Source: a virus (taxonomy: Duplodnaviria > Caudoviricetes). From it: 64,000 nucleotides of DNA. The translations under genes and the position numbers were made by a program. The notes under the pieces are model-generated. The model ran no database searches. It was not told the DNA's origin and saw only the letters and a program-made list of their open reading frames with translations. The stretch is from positions 10,326-74,325 of IMG/VR virus record IMGVR_UViG_2974723051_000001; one strand, written 5' to 3'. Shown here piece after piece: positions 55,795 through 64,000 of the stretch; positions within the stretch are counted from its first letter, which is position 1, and each line of letters starts with the position of its first letter.

Positions 55795-57912
55795 TTACCC
55801 TTGGTTAGTTTTGTTGGTGTTTAAAACATTATTCACAATATCACGCTTCATATTTGAATCAGCTTGTGCACCCATTAATTCGAGTTCACGTTCTTGTTTA
55901 ACTCCAGATTCTTGTTCAACAAAATCTAGGTCATTCAAATTAGATTCAGTATTAAGCTTACGAGATTTAGATATTGTTTCTTGAATCTCTGCTTGAGTCT
56001 TCTGGATATTAGCCAGTTTCTCTTGAATACTCACTTGAAGGTCTTGCACTTCTAATTGAGTCTTCTGCATTTCTAATTCTTGTAATGGGTCTGGTTGAGG
56101 CTGATATGTCTTAATTAATTTAGCTAAATCAGGCATACCTCTCAACTCAGCAATTTCGCTCAATATAAGCTTAGTCATATCAAATGGCAAGCTTTGGCCC
56201 ATTGTTTGGAGCATAAAGCTCAATTCTTGGGCCTTAATTGCATCAGTTTCGCCATTTGAGATACTTAACTTAATATCGAATGAACCAGCTAAATTATCTC
56301 TATTAATCTGAATAAACTCTTCATCAGTAATTCGGATAACTTCATCATCAGATAACCATTCACCATTCATAGCTAAAATCTTCTTAGCTACTTTAGTCAT
56401 ACCATCTGCAATTCTACGAAGAATACCTAGTTCACGTTTACCACTAGCACCAACTACATTATTTACACCTGCGGCTGTAGAACCAAGAGCATCACCAGTA
56501 ATACCTTGTGAGAATGTCTTAACACCAGTTAGTGCTTCAGATTCCATATTAAACATCTGCAATAAGTTATATGAACTTGCAGGTAGTTCAGGGTATGTAT
56601 GTTCAATAATAGATGCACGTGGGTCTTTATTAGGATTAAAGAAATAATCTTCACCCTGTCTATATTTACGTAAGTTAGTTGAGTCTAATGCATCCTTGGC
56701 CATACCTTTCTGACCATTAGCACTACGAGCCATTACATCAATCTGACCACGAGTAAGTGCACCAATTAGTTTCTGGTTATCACTTAGAAGTGCAGCATCT
56801 GGTTCACCATATACAGAGTCTTTAACCGGCAAGTATGGAATGATTACAAATGGTAGTTCACCATCAGGGAATGGATTCTTCTCTAGGCGAATCATCACAT
56901 CACCAACCCATGAAGCTACAATAGGTGTTGTCACACCTGAACCATCAATATCCCAATATCCCCAGTATTCATAGACTACTAGTTTCTTACGTGCCTTATC
57001 TTCAAATTTAAATGAACTATCATTTAAATTGTAATGGTTACCATCAGTATCAGTAGCATCTTCAGGAATCTTATCTACATTTTCATATAGGTCAGACTTC
57101 ATTAACTCACTTCGTGAGGTTTCATAGGAATAGATAATGAATTGAGCTTCATCTACATTACCATCACAAGTAGGGTCTACTAATACATTATGGTAATCAC
57201 ATAGAGTTACCCCCGGCTGATTCTTAACAACCTTTACTACTTCCTGTTCTTCGTAACCAACAATAGTAGCTAGAATAGGTCTTTGGTTCTCCATCGTATA
57301 ACGAATAGATTCCTGCAATGCATCAGGTAAAGTCTCTAACACAGTAGGACTTTGTTGAACCATTTGAACTCCCTGCATAATCAATTGAGTAGATTGTTCA
57401 TCTGCCTCCATATAACTATATACAGGTACATTCTCAGTAACCTTCTGTTCTTCAAATATCCATTCTACACGCATGATTGCAGTACCTTCATTTACTAAGG
57501 TACGAACCAAGTCATCAACTAATTTAACTTTACCAATCTGGTTATTGAACTGGTAATTAAGGATTAGGCCATTCTGTCTAGCTGCTTCTCTATCTGCATG
57601 AGTCTTAGGACTAACTTTAAATAAGTCTTCATCATTAAGGAATGATTCACTTAATGCAGCATATCTCCACTCAGCTTGTTTACGAATAAGTTGAGGTTGG
57701 ACAGAACTTTTACCTTCTGGTGTATTTGGTTTGTATTTTCCAGTGACATGAAGTTGTGCAAGCCAATCATCAATCAAACCTACTTGAGTATCTTTAGTAC
57801 CCTTAGCTTCATCATAATTTGACTGTAAATCTGCAACTGATGGTTCATTTTTCCATTCAGTTAACTTGCTTGAACTTGTATTCATGTCTTCATGTTCAGT
57901 ATTATCTGTCAT
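55795..57912 (-). CDS. portal protein (N4 gp59-like)
   Basis: LTEWKNEP, VQPQLIRKQAEWRY.ALSE, VVYEYWG.WDI.G, KRELGILRR. Confidence 0.95.
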   Translation of the reverse strand: MTDNTEHEDMNTSSSKLTEWKNEPSVADLQSNYDEAKGTKDTQVGLIDDWLAQLHVTGKYKPNTPEGKSSVQPQLIRKQAEWRYAALSESFLNDEDLFKVSPKTHADREAARQNGLILNYQFNNQIGKVKLVDDLVRTLVNEGTAIMRVEWIFEEQKVTENVPVYSYMEADEQSTQLIMQGVQMVQQSPTVLETLPDALQESIRYTMENQRPILATIVGYEEQEVVKVVKNQPGVTLCDYHNVLVDPTCDGNVDEAQFIIYSYETSRSELMKSDLYENVDKIPEDATDTDGNHYNLNDSSFKFEDKARKKLVVYEYWGYWDIDGSGVTTPIVASWVGDVMIRLEKNPFPDGELPFVIIPYLPVKDSVYGEPDAALLSDNQKLIGALTRGQIDVMARSANGQKGMAKDALDSTNLRKYRQGEDYFFNPNKDPRASIIEHTYPELPASSYNLLQMFNMESEALTGVKTFSQGITGDALGSTAAGVNNVVGASGKRELGILRRIADGMTKVAKKILAMNGEWLSDDEVIRITDEEFIQINRDNLAGSFDIKLSISNGETDAIKAQELSFMLQTMGQSLPFDMTKLILSEIAELRGMPDLAKLIKTYQPQPDPLQELEMQKTQLEVQDLQVSIQEKLANIQKTQAEIQETISKSRKLNTESNLNDLDFVEQESGVKQERELELMGAQADSNMKRDIVNNVLNTNKTNQG

Positions 57913-57981
57913 AGTTTAGTCTCAGTAAGTTAAGCGTTACTGCGAAACTATACTATTTAAACCAAAATAAGGGAACATCAC

Positions 57982-58272
57982 ATGGATATCGCACAGTGGT
58001 TAGCACATCCATTAGTTGTATCACTAATCGTAGCATTCGTAGTCGGTGTGGCTGGATGGTTTGTTCTACTCAAGCAATTAGAGATTAGGCAAACCACTTC
58101 AGAGAAAACAGTTGAAGAACTGAAAGAGCATGTGGCAGAGAAGTTCACTGAAGTAGATAAGAGATTTATCTTATTAGAAGAGGTAACCAAGGATAATAAA
58201 GATATCCAAAATAAAATCTTAATCCAACTCCATGTAATAGAAAATGAAGTTAAACATTTACAGAAACCATAA
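57982..58272 (+). CDS. single-TM coiled-coil protein, putative holin/lysis-related
   Basis: N-terminal TM and heptad tail; AAGGGA RBS; antisense to late block. Confidence 0.6.
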   Translation: MDIAQWLAHPLVVSLIVAFVVGVAGWFVLLKQLEIRQTTSEKTVEELKEHVAEKFTEVDKRFILLEEVTKDNKDIQNKILIQLHVIENEVKHLQKP

Positions 58273-58276
58273 GAAT

Positions 58277-58305
58277 AAAGCCCTCTTAATTGAGGGCTTT
58301 ATTTT
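58277..58305. terminator. bidirectional terminator
   Basis: TAAAGCCCTC-TTAATT-GAGGGCTTTA-TTTT. Confidence 0.75.
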
Positions 58306-61300
58306 ACTTAATGTATGCACCTATTTTAACCAATGCTGGTGCAGACCAGCTAGCTCCCGGAGTCGCTGACAATGATAGTGAAGTATCCGACTTAATGTTT
58401 AACCATAAAATCATTGCCTCGGCAGTGCCTTCATTAATATTAGCTATAAGCACAACGTCATCTACAGCCAATACATCAGCATCAAATGTTCCAGAAAATA
58501 CATAGTTTGTTGTTGACGGTGTATAGGTTGACCTAACAGTCACAGTAATCTCTCGTAAATTAGATAAGCCAGTACTAAGAGTTACATCTTGACCATTGGT
58601 AGCATTTCCAGAAAATACAGTCCTAACAGCCGACAAATCATCTACATAACTCTTACGAGTCAAAGCAGCAAAGTTATCTTCTTGTTGACCATACATACGT
58701 GGTTTAGTGATGTATGTGTAACCTGAATCGGAAGGTTGAATAAGTACATTACCTTCAAATGCTCGTAAAGCTACATCATCAGTTGCACTAATGATACAAC
58801 CCATAGAGCCTAGTTTTCTATCAGAGGCATCTACCAAATCCATATGAGGAACAGCACTTCTACCACTCTTGTCACTTTTCAGTGTAATGTTTGGTCCATC
58901 ACCTTCGAATACAGTTCTTGAACCAAGCAAACTATCCACATAATCCTTGCGGGTTAATGAATTTGCGTCTGTTCCTTGTGGTGAATTGCTATGCGGGTCT
59001 GTGATAGATACTGCTTGTCCGTGTATATTTACGTTTCCTACGGCATTCTCAATATATAAATGAGAGTTACTTCCTGATCCATAACCTATATAACCAATGT
59101 CTCTTCCATCACCTTGCTTGTATCTTAGGAGTGGTGTAGCTGAATTTCCGTTGGCAGTTCCCTTTAATGTTACAGCATCACCATTGCGGGTAAATACTCC
59201 CTGACCAGTTACAGCAACACCGTCAACCGTTGTTGTTAGCCTTACATTGTTTGCAAAGTGTAGGCTTACACCTCCAGCATGTGACCATGAAATCATGCTA
59301 TACAGGCTAGTACCTGCACCATTACTTGATTGTAAATAACCAGTTTTATTTTGGTGCTGTATTAACTTAATTCCACGGTCAATGTTAGGGTTGCTTGATT
59401 TAATCTCAAGAAACGCACCTGTGTTTTGATTGTTAGCTAAGCTTATTTGCTGACCATCTACTAAGTGATTGCCAGTAGTTTGAGCACCAAAAGATGTGGT
59501 TTCAAATCTCTTAACATTGTTGTACCAGAGTTCAGTAGCACCCCCTCTAACCGCTCTAACTGTAGTATGTGCATTCTGACCATTTGCATCTGTAGCTATT
59601 AAATATCCAGCATCTGCCGCCTGTCGTAATACAAGGCCAGCATTATTATTTCTAGCATGTACTTCTGCTGGTTCAGTATCAGAGGTATTATGGACTACAA
59701 GTTGAGTAAGTCCTTGGCTTGTTACGTTTGCTCCATAACTTGTAATAGAAAACTTCACAGCATTGTTATACATCAAATCAACACCGGCATTCTTATATGC
59801 AGCCATCCAACGCTTGACATTACCACCCGACTTATCACCCTGCCATAAGTTATAAGCTCCATTGGAATCCATAGCTATACGGATACCATTATTCTGGTTA
59901 AACATATTCAACTGGACTTCATTAGCACTATCACTACGACTAATATTCAAACCAGCATTATGAGTCTCAGTTCTTAGGAAACCATCAAAGTAATGCAGAG
60001 CACCACCATTCAATACATAAGTAGCTATTGTTTTGGTATTAGCCCAATCATAGATACCTACAGCAATACTATTGAAGTAAATACCGTGTGATTCACCACC
60101 ACCATTACGTCTGACTGTTTGCTCATTACCTGCACTATATAGGTCTATATTCTTCAAAGCTTTAATATCATCTTTGAAGTCTTTAACACCACTAATAGCT
60201 TCATCATCTGTCAAGCTAACAGCACCAATATTAGTAGGTGTGTAATCCAACCATGCTTTAAAGTCAGTCATATTAGCGAAACGTAATGCACTATCATTGG
60301 TTGTATTTCCACGAAAAGGAATAGTAGCCCATGAAGGTACAGTCCCTACATTTCTACCAGCAGTGAACTTAGCAGAGTGAACTTCAATATCACCATTACC
60401 ATCGCGCTTTACAATAGTATTAGGAGTTTCATCTACATCCGCCGCTACACCATCAAGTAAAGCAGAGTCAGCAGCTTTAGCTGTCTTACCCAATGCACCA
60501 ACATCATCAGAGTTAAGAGTTACATTGGTTCCTGTCTTACCATTAACAGAAATGATACCTCCACCTGAACCACTCATCTGAACAATATCAAATGTATTAG
60601 CCGGAGCATCTAGGAACAACATGTCACCATTCTTAATGGCCTTACCATTCAACTGACCGGTTGTGTAAGTAAAGCTATCATTAGCATTTGGGAATGCAGC
60701 AATCCAAATAGTATCTCTAGAAATACCAGTAATATCTGGATATGGGGTACCAACTGTAGGAGTAAACAAACCACCAGATACAAATGTTAGATTCGCATTA
60801 GCCAATGCATCTTGTGCAGCTTTAACTGCCTTAGCAGCTTCAGTTGTAGCAGTCTGTGCATCCTTAGTAGATTGAACAGTATTACTCGCTACTGTAGCAG
60901 CATCATTTGTAACTTGAGTTGCATCCAATCTAACTTGGGTAGCCTTAGTAGTTACATCTGTTTGGATACCTTGAATAGTAGCCAAAGAACCATCCACTGA
61001 AGTCTTAGCTGTAGATACTTCACTAGCTTTGGTATCAACATCTTGCTTGTCAGTTGCTACTGCCTGTTTATCAGCGGCAACCTGTGCAGCATCTTGTGAA
61101 ATCGTATTAGCAATACGAGATACATCTGCTTGAGTATCAGTAACTACTTTCTCTGCATCAGTTACAGTTTTAAGACTAGTAGCTACAGTTGCTGCATCTT
61201 GAGATACCTGTGTAGCTTTAGTAGTCACATCTTGTTGAGATGCATCAACAGAAGCTTTAGCAGTATCTACATCTTGCTTAGCTTGTACTACTTCATCCCT

Positions 61301-61576
61301 TGCTTTAACTACTTCAGTCTCAGCAGCAGTAGCAATATCAGCAGAGTCCTTAGCAGTTTTTGCATAAGCAGGTGCATCTTTGATTTCATTTACAACAGTA
61401 GCTACAGCACTAATATCACCAACATATGGGAAGATATTAACGATGTTATTCATGTTATCTGCGGCCATTTTTACCGCAGCAATATTGTCAGCTACAATCT
61501 TTACATTGTCATAAGACGAACCAATATACTTCTGTGTTAAGCATTCACTGGCACGACTGTTTGGTACTTTTCTCAT
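58304..61576 (-). CDS. tail fibre / receptor-binding protein
   Basis: N4-type N-terminus (KYIG.SYD.VK.VA.N), Ala/Thr coiled stalk, SVNGKTG.V.L, repeated G..L.Y.N..RF.TT..G and LTRK.YVD motifs; ATGA overlap at 61576. Confidence 0.85.
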   Translation of the reverse strand: MRKVPNSRASECLTQKYIGSSYDNVKIVADNIAAVKMAADNMNNIVNIFPYVGDISAVATVVNEIKDAPAYAKTAKDSADIATAAETEVVKARDEVVQAKQDVDTAKASVDASQQDVTTKATQVSQDAATVATSLKTVTDAEKVVTDTQADVSRIANTISQDAAQVAADKQAVATDKQDVDTKASEVSTAKTSVDGSLATIQGIQTDVTTKATQVRLDATQVTNDAATVASNTVQSTKDAQTATTEAAKAVKAAQDALANANLTFVSGGLFTPTVGTPYPDITGISRDTIWIAAFPNANDSFTYTTGQLNGKAIKNGDMLFLDAPANTFDIVQMSGSGGGIISVNGKTGTNVTLNSDDVGALGKTAKAADSALLDGVAADVDETPNTIVKRDGNGDIEVHSAKFTAGRNVGTVPSWATIPFRGNTTNDSALRFANMTDFKAWLDYTPTNIGAVSLTDDEAISGVKDFKDDIKALKNIDLYSAGNEQTVRRNGGGESHGIYFNSIAVGIYDWANTKTIATYVLNGGALHYFDGFLRTETHNAGLNISRSDSANEVQLNMFNQNNGIRIAMDSNGAYNLWQGDKSGGNVKRWMAAYKNAGVDLMYNNAVKFSITSYGANVTSQGLTQLVVHNTSDTEPAEVHARNNNAGLVLRQAADAGYLIATDANGQNAHTTVRAVRGGATELWYNNVKRFETTSFGAQTTGNHLVDGQQISLANNQNTGAFLEIKSSNPNIDRGIKLIQHQNKTGYLQSSNGAGTSLYSMISWSHAGGVSLHFANNVRLTTTVDGVAVTGQGVFTRNGDAVTLKGTANGNSATPLLRYKQGDGRDIGYIGYGSGSNSHLYIENAVGNVNIHGQAVSITDPHSNSPQGTDANSLTRKDYVDSLLGSRTVFEGDGPNITLKSDKSGRSAVPHMDLVDASDRKLGSMGCIISATDDVALRAFEGNVLIQPSDSGYTYITKPRMYGQQEDNFAALTRKSYVDDLSAVRTVFSGNATNGQDVTLSTGLSNLREITVTVRSTYTPSTTNYVFSGTFDADVLAVDDVVLIANINEGTAEAMILWLNIKSDTSLSLSATPGASWSAPALVKIGAYIK

Positions 61577-62262
61577 ACCCATCCTCCAAGACAAGGTTTG
61601 ATGTTTCGGTCATACTCTTGAGAGTTATCAGTTCCATACTGTCTTTGTTGAGTACAGAATAATTCATACTTCTGGAGCATGGTATTGGCCATATTTACGT
61701 GCTCTTGTGCAGTACCACCTGAGTAAACACGGTGAGCAATATAAGAGAGTAATGCTGGCTTAAAGTTTTCAGGTAAATCTAATTTATCCGTTTCTTCAAT
61801 TACTTTCGGATGAGTAGCCTGATAGATAATAAATAATGCATTAGTATCTACTGGCGATGGAATCTCTAACACATTGTATGCCGGTGTGAATATCGCACAA
61901 TCAGCGGTAGCATCATTCAATCTAATCTCATTACCCATCTCATCATAAATACTAATTACCTTGGTTAGGTCATTCTCGAATGGAGCATCAGGAGTATCAA
62001 TGATGTAATCTTCATAACCAGCTAAAGTAATATCAGTAATGGCATGTTCTTTAGTTAATGGATAAACAGTTTTACCTGCTTTCTGGATTAAGGTTAATTC
62101 CTTCGTAAGTAACGGGAATCGTGTATATAGTTCAGTAAGTGCAATGTTAATGTGATGAATCAATCTCTGCTTATCTTGTACAGAAATCTCACCGGCTAAC
62201 ATAATACCGTGTGCACTTAGTTCACCATACTTTAAATCGTCTAATATAGTTTTAACTAACAT
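61573..62262 (-). CDS. head-tail adaptor (N4 gp67-like)
   Basis: L.YGELS, IN.ALT.LY.RF, Y.A.H, ALL.YIA.R, C-terminal GWV. Confidence 0.85.
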   Translation of the reverse strand: MLVKTILDDLKYGELSAHGIMLAGEISVQDKQRLIHHINIALTELYTRFPLLTKELTLIQKAGKTVYPLTKEHAITDITLAGYEDYIIDTPDAPFENDLTKVISIYDEMGNEIRLNDATADCAIFTPAYNVLEIPSPVDTNALFIIYQATHPKVIEETDKLDLPENFKPALLSYIAHRVYSGGTAQEHVNMANTMLQKYELFCTQQRQYGTDNSQEYDRNIKPCLGGWV

Positions 62263-63845
62263 AAGTAAGAATCCATAATGTTCGTGGTATCATATACCGG
62301 TTCTTCCCATAAATGACTATCTTCATTGTAAAGCAATTTAGCTTCTTCACTTGGTTTCCAAATAGACATACAGGATAGCATTGAGATGGTATCAAGAAAG
62401 TCATCATGTTTCGATTTAAAACCAACCTTAGCTACTAGATTTAGCTCATCCATTGCTTCTCTCATAGCAGCATCTTCACGACACTCTTCAGGGAAGTAGA
62501 ACATCTTCTGTTTGAACCAAGGAACTACTGTCATAAATCTAGTGAACTTCTGGTTTGTAGGTCTAATACCCGGTCTACCAGAGTTATTCTCAGATGCAAT
62601 ATTGAAGAAACAGTTACGTTCCATCATCTCTTGTTGAATCCACTGAATAAATCCACCTTGTTGACCGGTAACCTCTATACCAACAGACAATGGTTCATAC
62701 ATCTGACATAACCTGAATAAGTCATTAATGTTCTTATCCATTAACTGCTTCTTACAGATACCATCAACCCAGAAGTAATGACCTTTATTATTTACTGCCC
62801 ATACAGAGATAACACTAAAGTCAGCACTAGTCTTCTCAGAAGTAGCAAAGTCAGAAGTAATGTAGAAGTTAAAGTTAGCTCGATTACGCATCAAGTCTCT
62901 ACGTGAATACCATTGGATATCACCCTTCTCTAATACTCTATCTTCGTCAGACATGATTCGAAGCATATACTCTTGGTTAAATGCCTCTAACTGACCTGAA
63001 CCAGATAACTTCTTATAAGTCTTCATAATAGACTCATAGGTGAATCGGTCTTCCCAACTACCTTTAAACTCTTCCTTACTACAAGGGAAGTGCTCACATA
63101 CAGGGAATACGTTCACATTCCATGCACCAGATTCAACTGCTTTATATAAAGGGTCACCGGCATTAAATGGTGTACCACTCCAGATAATCTTCTTCTTGGT
63201 TGGGTGAAGTGCAGCTTCGATAGCCTTATAAATAGTATCTTCTACGTTCTGGATTACCGTCGGAGACTTAGCATCTGTATCACTAATCAAGTCATCCAAT
63301 AGAGCTAGAATAGGTCGAGAGTTATTCTCACGAGTACCACGTACACCAGTCTGTGCACCATGGCCAGTAATAACAAACCTTACACCACTAGCATTAGTAA
63401 AGTCCCAAGTAGTATCTGTAAACTTAGCTTTAGGTACATACTTCTGTAAGAACTCACTATTGTTCCATCTACTCTCCATAGACCTACGCATCTTCTTAAC
63501 ACCATTATCCATAGAGTCAGATACATACAATGCATATGGAATTGCACCAATACCGGGTAACTCATTAAAGATAGCGATGTACCACATTAGGTACTCTTTC
63601 ACTGTAGTCTTAGCAAAACCACGATGACACATATTAACTGTGTCACCATCTTCGATGAGTGTATCGATAAACTTAAAGTGTACTTCTGGAGTCTTGTTCT
63701 CAGGAGCTCCACCTTCAATAAGCTTAATGATACTAACCAAGTTCAGTGCAAATTCACTAGGGATATATGAACTAATATCAGCGTAAGACAGCTCATTCAA
63801 ATACTGGTCAACTGTCTTAGCTACTTGAGTCTTCTCAGTCTCCAT
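62256..63845 (-). CDS. terminase large subunit (N4 gp68-like)
   Basis: HRGFAKTT, GAQTGVRG, LLDDL, GTPFN, TSDFATS, HDDFLDTISML. Confidence 0.95.
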   Translation of the reverse strand: METEKTQVAKTVDQYLNELSYADISSYIPSEFALNLVSIIKLIEGGAPENKTPEVHFKFIDTLIEDGDTVNMCHRGFAKTTVKEYLMWYIAIFNELPGIGAIPYALYVSDSMDNGVKKMRRSMESRWNNSEFLQKYVPKAKFTDTTWDFTNASGVRFVITGHGAQTGVRGTRENNSRPILALLDDLISDTDAKSPTVIQNVEDTIYKAIEAALHPTKKKIIWSGTPFNAGDPLYKAVESGAWNVNVFPVCEHFPCSKEEFKGSWEDRFTYESIMKTYKKLSGSGQLEAFNQEYMLRIMSDEDRVLEKGDIQWYSRRDLMRNRANFNFYITSDFATSEKTSADFSVISVWAVNNKGHYFWVDGICKKQLMDKNINDLFRLCQMYEPLSVGIEVTGQQGGFIQWIQQEMMERNCFFNIASENNSGRPGIRPTNQKFTRFMTVVPWFKQKMFYFPEECREDAAMREAMDELNLVAKVGFKSKHDDFLDTISMLSCMSIWKPSEEAKLLYNEDSHLWEEPVYDTTNIMDSYLC

Positions 63846-63999
63846 TAGTTAACTCCATTGGAATACCACGATTTACATAGAACTCTACAATTGAGTCATG
63901 AGCTTCTTTTGAGTAATAACCTAGTAATGGTTCCTCACCCATATAACTTGTGTCATGTGGCAACATATTACCGGGTAAGAATCTTACGAATGTACTTGG
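63835..63999 (-). CDS. 3' end of an upstream hypothetical ORF (partial)
   Basis: Open frame from window end to TGA at 63835-63837 (...GIPMELTNGD*). Confidence 0.4.
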   Translation of the reverse strand, partial: PSTFVRFLPGNMLPHDTSYMGEEPLLGYYSKEAHDSIVEFYVNRGIPMELTNGD

Positions 64000-64000
64000 G

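Overview
A 64-kb, AT-rich segment of an N4-like (Schitoviridae) phage genome; a Vibrio-type gammaproteobacterial host is my inference only. Gene order is: an early region with an array of small related ORFs and a gp2/Drc-like gene; heterodimeric RNAP II (gp15/gp16) with a free-standing homing endonuclease between the subunits; and an accessory block (membrane J-domain protein, amidase endolysin, holin/spanin-like trio, long structured non-coding stretches, antisense virion-appendage module). These are followed by an AAA+/vWA pair, helicase, family A DNA polymerase, primase, SSB and resolvase. The minus-strand late block holds a 3095-aa virion RNA polymerase, ejection/structural proteins, major capsid, portal, tail fibre and terminase. 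Two group I introns with HNH-type ORFs were resolved by eye: one in RNAP II motif B (4921-5787) and one in the AAA+ ATPase gene (22586-23492). The main unexplained signals are (i) a cluster of densely folded candidate RNAs at 10.8-13.2 kb with pseudoknots, anti-Shine-Dalgarno loops and helices that bury start codons, and (ii) a dispersed family of about 11 small ORFs sharing an M-[RK]-L-x-x-T-Y start. No tRNA, rRNA or CRISPR array was seen. All family assignments come from motif recall, not database searches.
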